A stretch of 64,000 bases of DNA from Rhizobacter sp. (GTDB lineage Bacteria; Pseudomonadota; Gammaproteobacteria; Burkholderiales; Burkholderiaceae_C). Numbering within the stretch: the stretch's first letter is position 1; every line of letters starts with the position of its first letter. The DNA lies in assembly GCA_043778145.1 (NCBI GenBank), contig JAYWGR010000002.1:28519-92518 (forward strand), in the 5' to 3' direction. The notes under the pieces were generated by a model. The model was given only the letters and a program-made list of their open reading frames with translations. It did no database searches and was not told the DNA's origin. Positions 1 to 12,544 of this stretch are shown piece by piece. The translations under genes were made by a program, and so were the position numbers.

Positions 1-957
1 CCGCAGTACGCCATCATCGCGAGCTGCGACGTGGCAGCCGCGATGATGGAGGCGCCCGGCGGGCCAGCGCTGGTGGAGGAAAGCATCGCTGAGGCGCTCG
101 ACTTCCGCCGTGCCATGCGCAAGGTCGACAAAGAGTACGGCAAGGACTGGTGGTTCAAAGTCTGGGGCCCTGCCAACCTCGCAACCGACGGCATCGGCAA
201 GAGCTCCGATTGGGTGTTGAAGGCCGGCGACAAGTGGCACGGCTTCGGCGATCTGGCCGAAGGCTTCAACCTGCTCGACCCGATCAAGAGCACGATCATC
301 ACGCCCGGGCTCGACATGTCGGGCAAGTTCGCCAAGACCGGCATCCCGGCGGCGATCGTCACCAAGTTCCTTGCTGAGCATGGCGTGGTGGTCGAGAAGA
401 CGGGGCTCTACTCGTTTTTCATCATGTTCACGATCGGCATCACCAAAGGCCGCTGGAACACCTTGCTCACCGCGCTGCAGCAGTTCAAGGACGACTACGA
501 CCGCAACCAACCGCTCTGGCGCATCCTGCCGGAGTTCGTGGCCGCGCACCCGCGCTATGAGCGCATGGGCCTGCGTGACTTGAGTCAGGCCATTCACGAG
601 AAATACGCCAAGGGCGACATCGCGCGGCTGACGACCGAGATGTATTTGTCAGACCTGCAACCGGCGATGAAGCCGAGCGATGCGTTCGCTTGCATCGCCC
701 ATCGGCGCACTGAACGCGTTGGAATCGATGCGCTCGAAGGGCGCATCACGACCTCGCTGCTGACGCCTTACCCACCGGGCATTCCGCTGCTGATTCCCGG
801 TGAGCGCTTCAACAAGCGAATCGTTGACTATCTGAAGTTCACGCGCGAATTCAACGCCGCGTTCCCGGGCTTCGATACCGATGTGCACGGCTTGGTGGAG
901 GCCGAGGATAAGACAGGCGCGAACGCCTACTACGTGGACTGCGTCGGGCTCGACTGA
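1..957 (+). CDS. Orn/Lys/Arg decarboxylase family (PLP-dependent), C-terminal portion; the gene begins upstream of the window
   Basis: The ORF translation (…DKEYGKDWWFKVWGP…LDPIKSTIITPGLDMSGKFAKTGIPAAIVTKFLAEHGVVVEKTGLYSFFIMF…GANAYYVDCVGLD) matches the C-terminal domain of inducible lysine/arginine/ornithine decarboxylases. The frame is open to position 1. Confidence 0.7.
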   Translation, partial: PQYAIIASCDVAAAMMEAPGGPALVEESIAEALDFRRAMRKVDKEYGKDWWFKVWGPANLATDGIGKSSDWVLKAGDKWHGFGDLAEGFNLLDPIKSTIITPGLDMSGKFAKTGIPAAIVTKFLAEHGVVVEKTGLYSFFIMFTIGITKGRWNTLLTALQQFKDDYDRNQPLWRILPEFVAAHPRYERMGLRDLSQAIHEKYAKGDIARLTTEMYLSDLQPAMKPSDAFACIAHRRTERVGIDALEGRITTSLLTPYPPGIPLLIPGERFNKRIVDYLKFTREFNAAFPGFDTDVHGLVEAEDKTGANAYYVDCVGLD

Positions 958-959
958 GC

Positions 960-1928
960 CTACAGCGCCCGCGCCGCACCGAGCAGCGCGGGCGATACCT
1001 TTGCGTGGATCACGTACACCGGGATTGCTGCGAGATATTCGCTGAATCGGCCTTTGGCCTCGAAGCATTCGCGAAACCGCGAGCTCTCGAAAGCCGAGCC
1101 AAGCCGCGGCACGATGCCGCCGCCGATATAGACACCGCCACGCGCGCCAAGTGTCAACGCCAGGTTGCCGGCAACGCTGCCGAGAAACGCGCAGAACAAG
1201 TCCAACACCTCCACGCAAGACGGATCGGTGCCGGCGAGCGCTCGTTCGCTGATTTCAGCAGCCGTCAACGGCGTGGCCATGCGCAAGCCATCAACGCTGC
1301 AGATCGCATGGTGCAAGGCTTCGAGGCCCTGGCCAGAGACGGCTCGCTCTGCCGATGCGTGGCCAAATCGGTCGTGCAGCACCTGCAGCACAGCCGCTTC
1401 GCGCGCGTTGCTCGCCGCCAACGTCACATGCCCGCCTTCGCCTTGCAACGCTGCCCAGCGGCCGGGCTCGGTGCTCGGCACGAGCCCCGATACGCCCAGC
1501 CCAGTCCCGGGGCCAATCAACCCGAGCGGTGTGCCCGCAACGGGCTCACCGCCGCCCAGTTGGCGCAAATCGCCCGCCGGGAGATCGGGGAGCGCCAATG
1601 CCAGCGCCGTGAAGTCGTTGATCACGACGAAGCGCTCGAACCCCAGCTCGTGGCGCACCGCGTCGATCGAGAAAGACCAGTGGCTGTTCGTCAGGCTCAC
1701 CGCATCGCCGGTGATTGGCGTGGCCACGCCAATCGCACACCAGGGCGGCGCCGGTCGGTCGATGAGCTTGAGGTAGGCGCTCATCGCGTCGGCCAGGCTC
1801 GCATGGTCCGCCACTGCCAACGTTTGCAGGTCGCCGGGCGCAGTGCCGGCACCCTCTTGCCATGCAAAGCGGGCGTTCGTTCCGCCGATGTCGGCCAAAA
1901 GTCTGGGCAGCGGGGCGGATGGGTTCAC
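960..1928 (-). CDS. glk: glucokinase
   Basis: N-terminal ADIGGTNARFA motif and ROK/glucokinase-like length (322 aa). Confidence 0.85.
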   Translation of the reverse strand: MNPSAPLPRLLADIGGTNARFAWQEGAGTAPGDLQTLAVADHASLADAMSAYLKLIDRPAPPWCAIGVATPITGDAVSLTNSHWSFSIDAVRHELGFERFVVINDFTALALALPDLPAGDLRQLGGGEPVAGTPLGLIGPGTGLGVSGLVPSTEPGRWAALQGEGGHVTLAASNAREAAVLQVLHDRFGHASAERAVSGQGLEALHHAICSVDGLRMATPLTAAEISERALAGTDPSCVEVLDLFCAFLGSVAGNLALTLGARGGVYIGGGIVPRLGSAFESSRFRECFEAKGRFSEYLAAIPVYVIHAKVSPALLGAARAL

Positions 1929-1995
1929 GGCGGTCCTGAATGTTGGTGAATGGCGAGTCGAGGTGTTGTCGATGGACCGTCAGCCGCCGTGCGGG

Positions 1996-2781
1996 TCAAG
2001 CATCGCCAATGCCGGCAGCGGTGGATTGGCTGAAGCCGCCGTCGACATACGTGATTTCTGATGTCACTCCGGCAGCGAGGTCCGACAGCAAGAAGGCCGC
2101 GACGTTGCCCACATCGTCGATCGTCACGTTGCGCCCGAGCGGCGCGTGCGCCGAGGCCTCGATCATCTTGCCGATGCCTTTGATGCCCGAGGCAGCGAGC
2201 GTCTTGATCGGCCCGGCAGAAATCGCGTTGACACGCACGCCTTTGGGGCCAAGCGCCGCGGCAAGGTAGCGCACGCTCGCCTCGAGCGAGGCCTTCGCCA
2301 AACCCATGGTGTTGTAGTTCGGCATGCTGCGCAGCGCGCCGAGGTAGGTGAGCGTCAAGAGCGCTGCGCCGGGCCGCAGATGCGGCAGCGCGACCTTCGC
2401 CAGGGCAGGGAAGCTGTAGCTCGAAATATCGTGCGCGATGCGAAAGTTCTCGCGGGTCAGGCCTTCGAGAAAGTCGCCGGCGATGGCTTCTTTCGGAGCA
2501 AAACCGATCGAATGCACAAAGCCGTCGAACTGCGGCCAGGCCCGGGTGAGGCTGGCAAACATGGCGTCGATTTGCGCGTCGCTCGTCACATCGCAATCGA
2601 ACACGAGCTCTGAGCCGAATTCGGCGGCGAATCCGATGGCGCGGTCTTTGAAGCGGTCGCCCTGGTAGTTGAAAGCGAGTTCGGCGCCCTCGCGATGGCA
2701 CGCTCGTGCGATGCCGTATGCGATTGAGCGATTGGAGAGCAAGCCCGTGATCAGCAGGCGCTTGCCGGCAAGAAAGCCCAT
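1996..2781 (-). CDS. fabI: enoyl-[acyl-carrier-protein] reductase (NADH), FabI
   Basis: Starts [13 protein letters not shown]…SIAYGIA. SDR-family FabI signature, 261 aa. Confidence 0.9.
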   Translation of the reverse strand: MGFLAGKRLLITGLLSNRSIAYGIARACHREGAELAFNYQGDRFKDRAIGFAAEFGSELVFDCDVTSDAQIDAMFASLTRAWPQFDGFVHSIGFAPKEAIAGDFLEGLTRENFRIAHDISSYSFPALAKVALPHLRPGAALLTLTYLGALRSMPNYNTMGLAKASLEASVRYLAAALGPKGVRVNAISAGPIKTLAASGIKGIGKMIEASAHAPLGRNVTIDDVGNVAAFLLSDLAAGVTSEITYVDGGFSQSTAAGIGDA

Positions 2782-2843
2782 GGTGGAATCCGATAGTTGT
2801 CAGCAGCCGGATTCTGGCACGCAAGCCACACACGCAAGCTCGC

Positions 2844-2888
2844 TTGACAGCCTTGACGCTTGCCGGTATCGACCTCTGGCGCTACAAT
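2844..2888 (+). promoter_or_regulatory. candidate sigma70-like promoter elements (TTGACA/TTGACG … TACAAT) in the fabI/rimP divergent intergenic region
   Basis: TTGACA at 2844-2849, TTGACG at 2853-2858 and TACAAT at 2883-2888. The spacing is non-canonical, so this is only tentative. Confidence 0.2.
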
Positions 2889-3040
2889 CTACGTTTTGCT
2901 AGAAAGCTGCGTGGGCGGATTCTTCCGGCCCATTTTTTTTGGCTGAACGCTTTACCTGCAACGCGCTTTGCGAACAATTGGCTGCCATCTGCAGCATGTG
3001 AGCAGCGCCGAGTGGGTTGCGACTAGGAAGCTTGGATTTG

Positions 3041-3697
3041 ATGAATTGGCAGAGTGCGGTAGAGCGCACCGTGACGGGATTGGGTTACGACTTGGTTGAC
3101 GCCGAAAAAAGCGCCGGTGGTTTGCTGCGCGTCTACATCGACCATCCTGCACTGGCGCATGCTGCTGCCGAGAGGTTCATCACCGTGGACGATTGTGAGC
3201 GTGTCACGCGCCAACTTCAGCATGTGCTGGAAGTTGATTCCGTGCCATATGAACGCCTTGAGGTTTCGTCGCCTGGCCTAGACCGCCCATTGCGCAAGGC
3301 TGAAGATTACGCACGCTTTGTTGGCGAGCAAATTGAGCTGACGCTGAAAGTGCCGTTTCAGGGTCGGAAAAAATACGTTGGCGAATTGCTTGCGCAGCTG
3401 GAAGGTGGCGGTTGGCGTTTGCTGCTCACACCGGCTGTGGTCACGCGAGCTGGTAAAGCTTCGAAGCCGTCCAAAGGTGCGGCAGCAGGGAAAGCACCCG
3501 AAAAAACAGCCCAGAAAGCAAGCGAGGCGCCAGTCGATCAGGCACTCGATTTTTTGCTCGAAGAGGTCAAAGAGGCGCGCTTGGTGCCGGTGGTCGATTT
3601 CAAGGGGCGACCGGCATCACAGCCTGTCGATCCGGAAAGCGCCCCGAGCACTGAAATGCGCTCGGTGGATGAGGTTGAAGGAGATTCGATTCAATGA
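3041..3697 (+). CDS. rimP: ribosome maturation factor RimP, with a K/A-rich C-terminal extension
   Basis: Carries the conserved …[12 protein letters not shown]…YARFVGE… RimP core. It lies immediately upstream of nusA, and its stop overlaps the nusA start in an ATGA. An alternative TTG start lies at 3017. Confidence 0.8.
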   Translation: MNWQSAVERTVTGLGYDLVDAEKSAGGLLRVYIDHPALAHAAAERFITVDDCERVTRQLQHVLEVDSVPYERLEVSSPGLDRPLRKAEDYARFVGEQIELTLKVPFQGRKKYVGELLAQLEGGGWRLLLTPAVVTRAGKASKPSKGAAAGKAPEKTAQKASEAPVDQALDFLLEEVKEARLVPVVDFKGRPASQPVDPESAPSTEMRSVDEVEGDSIQ

Positions 3698-5172
3698 ACC
3701 GCGATTTGCTTGATTTTGTGGATGCCATCGCACGCGAAAAGAGCGTCGATCTGGAAGTCGTGTTCGCGGCAGTTGAGGCAGCGCTTGCGTCGGCCTCGAA
3801 GAAGCTGCACGGCGGCGAGGTCGACATGCGTGTGTCGATCGACCGCGACAGCGGCGACTACGAAACCTTCCGCCGTTGGCATGTGGTACCGAATGAAGCC
3901 GGGCTGCAGTTGCCCGACTCCGAAATCCTGCACTTCGAAGCGCTCGAGCAAATTCCAGACATCGAAGTCGATGACTACATCGAAGAATCGGTGGAGTCGG
4001 TGTCGATCGGTCGTATTGGCGCGCAAGCAGCCAAGCAAGTCATCCTGCAAAAGATTCGCGATGCGGAGCGCGAGCAGCTGCTCAATGATTTCCTTGCCCG
4101 CGGCGAAAAGATCTTCGTTGGCACGGTCAAGCGCCTCGACAAGGGCGACATCATCGTCGAGCAAGGCCGCATCGAGGGTCGCCTGCGCCGCAGCGAGATG
4201 ATCCCGAAAGAAAACCTTCGTTCGGGCGACCGTGTGCGGGCCTACATCGCTGAAGTTGACACGACCTTGCGCGGGCCGCAGATCCTTCTGTCGCGCAGTG
4301 CACCTGGCTTCATGGTCGAGCTGTTTGCGCAAGAAGTGCCCGAGATCGAACAAGGTTTGCTAGAGATCAAATCGTGCGCCCGTGATCCTGGTTCACGCGC
4401 CAAGATTGCCGTCGTGTCACACGACAAACGCGTCGACCCGATCGGCACCTGCGTCGGCGTACGCGGTTCGCGCGTCAATGCGGTCACGAACGAAATCGCT
4501 GGCGAGCGCGTCGATATCGTGCTCTGGTCCGAAGATCCGGCGCAGTTCGTCATCGGTGCGTTGGCGCCAGCAAATGTGCAGTCGATCGTCGTCGACGAAG
4601 AGCGCCATGCGATGGACGTCGTTGTCGACGAAGAAAACCTCGCGATCGCGATCGGCCGAGGCGGCCAAAATGTGCGCTTGGCGTCGGAGATGACTGGCTG
4701 GCGCATCAATATCATGACGGCGGAAGAGTCGGCAACGAAGCAGGCATCCGAGTCCGATCACGTGCGCAAGCTCTTCATCGAGAAGCTCGACGTCGACGCT
4801 GAAGTCGCCGATATCCTGATCGCAGAAGGCTTTGCGAGCTTGGAGGAGGTGGCCTACGTCCCCATGCAGGAAATGCTTGAGATCGAGAGCTTCGACGAAG
4901 ACACCGTCAATGAACTCCGCACCCGCGCCAAGGATGCGTTGCTGACGATGGAAATCGCCAAGGAAGAAGGCGTGGGCGACGTTTCGCAAGACCTGCGGGA
5001 TTTCGACGGCCTGACGCCAGACTTGATCGCCAAGCTAGGCGCAGGCGGCATTCACACCCGCGATGACTTGGCCGATTTGGCAGTCGATGAACTGACCGAC
5101 ATGACCGGCGTCGATGACGAGCAGGCCAAGGCCTTGATCATGAAGGCGCGTGAACATTGGTTCACGACCTGA
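3694..5172 (+). CDS. nusA: transcription termination/antitermination factor NusA
   Basis: N-terminal [18 protein letters not shown]… Has S1 and KH regions plus acidic C-terminal repeats. Sits in the canonical rimP-nusA-infB order. Confidence 0.95.
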   Translation: MNRDLLDFVDAIAREKSVDLEVVFAAVEAALASASKKLHGGEVDMRVSIDRDSGDYETFRRWHVVPNEAGLQLPDSEILHFEALEQIPDIEVDDYIEESVESVSIGRIGAQAAKQVILQKIRDAEREQLLNDFLARGEKIFVGTVKRLDKGDIIVEQGRIEGRLRRSEMIPKENLRSGDRVRAYIAEVDTTLRGPQILLSRSAPGFMVELFAQEVPEIEQGLLEIKSCARDPGSRAKIAVVSHDKRVDPIGTCVGVRGSRVNAVTNEIAGERVDIVLWSEDPAQFVIGALAPANVQSIVVDEERHAMDVVVDEENLAIAIGRGGQNVRLASEMTGWRINIMTAEESATKQASESDHVRKLFIEKLDVDAEVADILIAEGFASLEEVAYVPMQEMLEIESFDEDTVNELRTRAKDALLTMEIAKEEGVGDVSQDLRDFDGLTPDLIAKLGAGGIHTRDDLADLAVDELTDMTGVDDEQAKALIMKAREHWFTT

Positions 5173-5244
5173 TCGCTGCAATCTGACCGCCAGTCCGACA
5201 GCAGCGCACCCGAACACATAAGACACACGCAAGGAACGCAATCC

Positions 5245-8097
5245 ATGGCCTCGACCACCGTCGCCCAACTCGCTGCCGAGCTCAATCGCTCGGCCGCAGT
5301 ACTGCTTGAGCAGTTGCAGTCGGCCGGAGTCCGCAAGGCGTCTACCGATGACGCGCTGACCGAGTCGGACAAGGAGCGCCTGCTCGACCACCTGCGCTCG
5401 GCGCATGGAACGGCACCCGGCGCAGAGCGCAAAAAGATCACGCTGACACGCAAGTCCACCAGCGAAATCAAGCAGGCCGACTCATCCGGCAAGGCGCGCA
5501 CGATTCAAGTCGAGGTGCGTAAGAAGCGCACCTTCATCAAGCGCGACGACGCGCCGGCCGATCAAACGGCACCGGAGCCTGAGGTCGACCAAGAAGAACT
5601 TCGTCGTCGTGAGGAAGAGGCGCAAGCCCAAGCGGAAGCGCTGCGCTTGCAAGAGGTTGCGTTGGCTGAGGCGCGCCGTGAGCGTGAGGCGGCAGAGGCA
5701 CGCGAACGCGAGGCGGCGGAAGTGCGAGCACGTGAAGCTGCCGAGAAGGCCGCGGCTGACGCAGCTGCAGCGGCTCTGGCCGCCGCTGCGGCGGCGCCAG
5801 TCAAGGCTGCTTCCGTGACAGACAGCGACGCCAAGCCAGCCGCGGTACCCACCGCGCCTGTGGCTGCAGCGCCGGTCGAACCGCCCAAGCCGTCCGTTCG
5901 GGTGATCAAGGCTGCCGACGTTGCCAACGAAGAAACGCAGCGGGCCGCCGATTTGGCCAAGCGCCGCAAGGCCGCTGAAGACGAAGCTGCGGCCATCCGC
6001 GACATGATGTCCGGCAAGAAGAAGCCGCTGACCGTGCCGAAGAAGATCGAGGAGGTCAAGCCGGCCGCCGTGGAGATCAAAGGCACGATCCACAAGAAGG
6101 TTGGGGCGCCAGGCACCGCAACGACGACCGCCGTGGCCAAGCCTGGCGACAAGAAGGCCGTCAAGTCGGAGAAGCTTTCATCGAGCTGGGCCGACGACGC
6201 GAAGAAGCGCACGGCGCTCAAGCCAGGTGCGCGTGCACCGGCCGGTGCGAATCGCCCAGGCTGGCGCGCTCCGCGCACTGGGCGGCGAGGCGACCGCAAT
6301 GACGGTGCGCCCTCCAGCTTCGTGGCACCTGCAGAAGCACAGGTGCAAGAAGTGCACGTGCCAGAAACCATCAGCGTGGCCGATTTGGCTCACAAGATGT
6401 CGGTCAAGGCTTCAGAGGTCATCAAGCAGTTGATGAAGCTCGGCCAGATGGTCACGATCAATCAGCAGCTCGATCAAGAGACGGCCATGATCGTGGTCGA
6501 AGAAATGGGCCACACCGCTTTCGCGGCCAAGCTCGATGACCCGGACGCATTCCTCGAAGAAGAGGCCACTGACGCCAATCACGAAATGCTGCCGCGCGCA
6601 CCGGTCGTCACTGTGATGGGCCACGTCGACCACGGCAAGACCTCGCTGCTCGACTACATCCGCCGGGCCCGCGTTGCTGCGGGTGAGGCTGGCGGCATCA
6701 CGCAGCACATTGGCGCCTACCACGTCGATACGCCGGGCGGCATGATCACCTTCCTCGACACGCCGGGCCACGCTGCGTTTACCGCGATGCGTGCTCGGGG
6801 TGCCAAAGCAACCGACATCGTCATCTTGGTCGTTGCCGCTGACGACGGTGTGATGCCGCAAACCAAGGAAGCGATCAGCCACGCCCGGGCGGCCGGTGTG
6901 CCGATCGTCGTCGCGATGAACAAGATGGACAAGCCCGACGCGAACATCGAGCGGCTGAAGTCTGAACTGGTGGCAGAGCAAGTCGTGCCGGAAGATTTCG
7001 GCGGCGATTCGCCTTTCGTGCCCGTTTCGGCGCGCACCGGCGCCGGTATCGACACGCTGCTCGAACAAGTGCTGCTGCAGGCCGAAGTGCTCGAATTGAA
7101 GGCGCCAAAAGTCGCGCTCGCCAAGGGCTTGGTGATTGAAGCCCAGCTCGACAAGGGCCGCGGCCCGGTGGCGACCATCCTCGTCCAGAGCGGCACGCTG
7201 AAGCGCGGTGATGTGGTGCTTGCGGGATCGAGCTATGGCCGTGTGCGCGCCATGCTTGATGAAGACGGAAAAGCCATTACCGAAGCCGGCCCGTCGATCC
7301 CGGTTGAGATTCAAGGCCTGACCGAAGTGCCGCAAGCCGGTGACGAGTTCATGGTGTTGTCAGACGAGCGGCGTGCGCGTGAGATTGCGACTTTCCGCCA
7401 AGGCAAGTACCGTGACGTGAAGCTGGCGCGCCGCCAGGCCGCAAACCTCGAAAACTTGATGGACCAGATGGGCCAGGGCGCAACGCAGACGCTCGCCTTG
7501 ATCATCAAGGCCGATGTCCAGGGTTCGCAGGAAGCGCTGGCTCAATCGCTGCTCAAGCTCTCGACGGCCGAGGTCAAGGTGCAGATCGTGCACGCTGCAG
7601 TTGGCGGCATCTCCGACAGCGATGTGAACCTCGCGATCGCATCGAAAGCGATCATCGTTGGCTTCAACGTTCGTGCCGATGCGGGCTCGCGCAAGCTGGC
7701 GGAGAACAACGGCGTCGAGATTCGCTACTACAACATCATTTACGACGCGGTCGACGAGATCAAAGCAGCGATGACCGGCATGCTGGCGCCGGAACAACGC
7801 GAAGAGACGATCGGCACCGCCGAGATTCGTACCGTGTTCGTCGCATCGAAGATCGGCACCGTGGCCGGCTCGATGGTCACCGCTGGCCTGGTGCGGCGTG
7901 GCGCACGCTTCCGCCTGCTGCGCGAGAACGTGGTCATCTACACCGGCGAGATTGAATCGGTTCGTCGCCTCAAGGATGATGTGCGTGAAGTGGCTGCTGG
8001 CTTCGAATGCGGTATCAAGCTCAAGAACTACAACGACATCAAAGAAGGCGACCAGCTCGAGTTCTACGAAGTCAAGGAAGTGGCTCGAACCCTCTAA
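5245..8097 (+). CDS. infB: translation initiation factor IF-2
   Basis: A low-complexity E/A/R-rich N-terminal region is followed by a GTPase domain ([29 protein letters not shown]) and a conserved C-terminus. 950 aa. Confidence 0.95.
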   Translation: MASTTVAQLAAELNRSAAVLLEQLQSAGVRKASTDDALTESDKERLLDHLRSAHGTAPGAERKKITLTRKSTSEIKQADSSGKARTIQVEVRKKRTFIKRDDAPADQTAPEPEVDQEELRRREEEAQAQAEALRLQEVALAEARREREAAEAREREAAEVRAREAAEKAAADAAAAALAAAAAAPVKAASVTDSDAKPAAVPTAPVAAAPVEPPKPSVRVIKAADVANEETQRAADLAKRRKAAEDEAAAIRDMMSGKKKPLTVPKKIEEVKPAAVEIKGTIHKKVGAPGTATTTAVAKPGDKKAVKSEKLSSSWADDAKKRTALKPGARAPAGANRPGWRAPRTGRRGDRNDGAPSSFVAPAEAQVQEVHVPETISVADLAHKMSVKASEVIKQLMKLGQMVTINQQLDQETAMIVVEEMGHTAFAAKLDDPDAFLEEEATDANHEMLPRAPVVTVMGHVDHGKTSLLDYIRRARVAAGEAGGITQHIGAYHVDTPGGMITFLDTPGHAAFTAMRARGAKATDIVILVVAADDGVMPQTKEAISHARAAGVPIVVAMNKMDKPDANIERLKSELVAEQVVPEDFGGDSPFVPVSARTGAGIDTLLEQVLLQAEVLELKAPKVALAKGLVIEAQLDKGRGPVATILVQSGTLKRGDVVLAGSSYGRVRAMLDEDGKAITEAGPSIPVEIQGLTEVPQAGDEFMVLSDERRAREIATFRQGKYRDVKLARRQAANLENLMDQMGQGATQTLALIIKADVQGSQEALAQSLLKLSTAEVKVQIVHAAVGGISDSDVNLAIASKAIIVGFNVRADAGSRKLAENNGVEIRYYNIIYDAVDEIKAAMTGMLAPEQREETIGTAEIRTVFVASKIGTVAGSMVTAGLVRRGARFRLLRENVVIYTGEIESVRRLKDDVREVAAGFECGIKLKNYNDIKEGDQLEFYEVKEVARTL

Positions 8098-8116
8098 GGC
8101 GTTCTCGTCTCGCAAC

Positions 8117-8152
8117 GGGCCCCGCCTCTTTGAGAAGAGGGCGGGGCCCGCT
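8117..8152 (+). terminator. GC-rich hairpin (GGGCCCCGCCTCT…AGAGGGCGGGGCCC) followed by GCTGTTT, between infB and rbfA
   Basis: A near-perfect inverted repeat of 13-14 bp with a short loop and a weak U-tract. This could be an intra-operon attenuator or processing site rather than a full terminator. Confidence 0.45.
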
Positions 8153-8167
8153 GTTTAGGAACACACC

Positions 8168-8533
8168 ATGCGACACAAACGAGCCATCCCGAACCGCGGT
8201 TTCCGCATCGCTGACCAGATCCAGCGCGATGTGGCCGAGCTGATCCGCGACCTGAAGGACCCGCGCATCGGCATGGTCACCTTGCATGCGGTCGAGGTCA
8301 CAGCCGACTACGTACACGCGACGATCTTCTTCTCGGTGCTGATCGGTGACCCCACCGAGTGCGAGATTGCGTTGAACGAAGCGGCTGGTTTCATCCGAAA
8401 CAGCCTCTTCAAACGACTGCAAATCCACACCGTGCCGACCTTGCATTTCAAGTTCGATCGCACTACCGAACGCGCTGCCGAACTCAACGCGCTGATCGTC
8501 AAAGCCAACGCGACGCGCGCCAAAGAAGACTGA
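8168..8533 (+). CDS. rbfA: ribosome-binding factor A
   Basis: 121 aa with a KH-like RbfA sequence (…[14 protein letters not shown]…). Position is directly after infB. Confidence 0.9.
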   Translation: MRHKRAIPNRGFRIADQIQRDVAELIRDLKDPRIGMVTLHAVEVTADYVHATIFFSVLIGDPTECEIALNEAAGFIRNSLFKRLQIHTVPTLHFKFDRTTERAAELNALIVKANATRAKED

Positions 8534-8552
8534 TCGAAGAAGACTGATTCCA

Positions 8553-9508
8553 GTGCTGCAACGAACCCGCATCCAGCGGCGCGCCGTCCACGGCGTGCTC
8601 TTGCTCGACAAGCCCTTGGGCTTGACGAGCAACGATGCATTGCAGAAGGCGAAATGGCTTTATCGCGCTGAAAAGGCTGGGCACACCGGCACGCTCGATC
8701 CGCTCGCGACGGGTCTTTTGCCACTGTGTTTTGGTGCTGCAACGAAGTTCTCGCAAGTCAGCTTGGATGCTGACAAAACCTACCGTGCCGAATTGAAGTT
8801 AGGCATCACCACCACAACGGCCGATGCCGAAGGTGAGGTGCTGCAAGAGCGAGTCGTTAACGTCACGCGCGCTCAGATGGAAGCGGCTTGCGCACGCTTC
8901 AGCGGCCCGATTTCGCAAGTCCCGCCGATGCACTCTGCGTTGAAGCACGAGGGCAGGGCGCTCTACGATTACGCCCGTGCCGGCATCACGATAGACCGCG
9001 AGCCTCGCGCCGTGACGATTCACGCCATCGCCATCGTCAGCGGCGAAGATGCCTGCTGGACGATCGATGTGACCTGCAGCAAGGGCACCTACATTCGCAC
9101 GCTGGCCGAAGACATTGGAGAGGCGCTCGGCTGCGGCGCTCACCTTGCCGGGTTGCGCCGCACCGCGAGCGGCCCGCTTGACCTGAGCCGCGCGGTGACG
9201 ATCGAACAACTCCACGCGATGACCGATGCCGAGCGCGACGCAGCGTTGCTGCCCGCCGATGCGCTGGTCGCTGATTGGCCCATCGTGCGCTTGGGCACGG
9301 AAGACGCAGGGCGCTTTCTAGGCGGGCTGCGTCGCCGCTTGGGGATGCCCGATGCACCGCATGTGCGCGTGTATGGGCCCGAAGCCAACGCGTTTCTCGG
9401 TGGCGGTCACATCACCGCCGGCGAACTGATTTCAACAAGGCTCCTGAGCCCGGTGGAGGTGCAAGGCCTTCTGCAAACAGGCTCTGTGCCGCAAGAGAGA
9501 GTTTCAAC

Positions 9509-9512
<4 letters not shown>
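8553..9512 (+). CDS. truB: tRNA pseudouridine(55) synthase TruB
   Basis: Carries the HGVLLLDKPLGLTSNDAL…GHTGTLDPLATG catalytic motif (Asp in GTLDP). Its stop overlaps the typA start. Confidence 0.9.
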
Positions 9513-11326
<1,814 letters not shown>

Positions 11327-11328
11327 CC

Positions 11329-12240
11329 ATGACGACGACGCCTGACTTGCCCGAGCAGCCCGCGTTGGCGCAGCCGGTTTCATCAGCCGAAGCGGCGGTG
11401 CATGCGTCGGCTGGCGCTGAAACACCTTCGGCCCAATCGCCATCACCTGATGCGCCTGCGGCCGATTCGCTCACAGCTTCCTCGGCAGCCGGCGATGCCG
11501 TCGCAGGTGAACTGGTTGCAACTGAGCAGGTTGACGCTGAAGTGGCATCAAGCGAACCAGGCGCTCACGAGCCAGTGTCTTCGCTTGCCGCCAAGCCACC
11601 GGAAGCGACGCCTGCCGAGACGGCCGCGGAGCTCCGAAAGCGCTTTCCAGGCTTGTTCGGCCACGGCGCCAAGCCATTGAAGCTGCGCATTCAGGCTGAC
11701 ATTCAGGAGCGGGCGCCCGGCGTGTTCACCAAGCAGGCGCTTTCGGCGTTCTTGCGTCGTCACACTGGCAGCACAAGTTACCTCATGGCGCTCAGCAAGG
11801 CGCGCGAGCGCTTTGACCTCGATGGCGCGCCGGCTGCTGAACTCGCGGCCGAGCACCGCGATGCGGCCATCGCCGAGCTGGCCCGCCGCCGTGAGAACCA
11901 GGTTTCGCGGCACGAGCTCGAGCGCCAGCAGCGCTTCAACCGCGCCGGCTTGTTGCGCGACTTTCAGAACACCACGCTGACGGCTCCTAACTTCTGCGCG
12001 CTCAAAGGCGTGGCGGTTGAAGAGCTCGATGGCTTGCTTGAGCTGGCCCGCCGTGAGGCGGAAGAAGACCGGGCGCAACGTGCAGCGATGCCCATGAACC
12101 AGCGGCCGGCCTCCCGCCCGGAACATCGCGCCGATCAACGCCATGATCCGCGCCCCGATCAACGCCCCAGCGGGCGCACCGATCGTCGGCCGCCACAGCG
12201 CCCGCCAACGGCGCGCCGCGACGGCCCCAAACCTCGCTAA
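11329..12240 (+). CDS. ProQ/FinO-family RNA-binding protein with a long low-complexity N-terminal region and an Arg/Pro-rich C-terminal tail
   Basis: The central segment (…KPLKLRIQADIQERAPGVFTKQALSAFLRRHTGSTSYLMAL…) resembles the ProQ/FinO N-terminal domain. The flanks are A/P/S-rich and R/P-rich. Confidence 0.6.
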   Translation: MTTTPDLPEQPALAQPVSSAEAAVHASAGAETPSAQSPSPDAPAADSLTASSAAGDAVAGELVATEQVDAEVASSEPGAHEPVSSLAAKPPEATPAETAAELRKRFPGLFGHGAKPLKLRIQADIQERAPGVFTKQALSAFLRRHTGSTSYLMALSKARERFDLDGAPAAELAAEHRDAAIAELARRRENQVSRHELERQQRFNRAGLLRDFQNTTLTAPNFCALKGVAVEELDGLLELARREAEEDRAQRAAMPMNQRPASRPEHRADQRHDPRPDQRPSGRTDRRPPQRPPTARRDGPKPR

Positions 12241-12247
12241 CGGTTAA

Positions 12248-12267
12248 GCGGAGCGTCATCGCTCCGC
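12248..12267 (+). terminator. short hairpin GCGGAGCG-tcat-CGCTCCGC just after the ProQ-like gene stop
   Basis: A perfect 8-bp inverted repeat. No U-tract follows. Confidence 0.25.
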
Positions 12268-12544
12268 GGGCTGCACTGGCTGTCGCAGGCATCCCGATGC
12301 TGCGCTGCAGCTCAGGGAATTTCCCGGGCGTGGCCGGATTGACGATGCCGTATCGCCCGCCTAGGCTTGCACGAGTCGGGATGGTTACTTGCGGGTAACG
12401 CCCCGTCGCTCTGGGCTCGCAAACGCTGCTCAAAGCGTCCACGTTGAGGCTTGGCGCGTGCCTTGATTGCGCCGTACCTGTGTTGCGTTCTTCGTGTTCG
12501 GCTACCGCCGCGCGCTGTGAACGTGATCATGGAGCGCGCTGAGT

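Noticed and set aside
3017-3040. TTG start for rimP at 3017
   Set aside because: The ATG at 3041 gives a conventional N-terminus. Both remain possible, but ATG is preferred.
12241-12544. Possible tRNA, SRP RNA, tmRNA or 6S RNA in the long spacer
   Set aside because: No T-loop (GGTTCGAATCC-like) or other hallmark motifs recognised. Left as an unassigned structured spacer.
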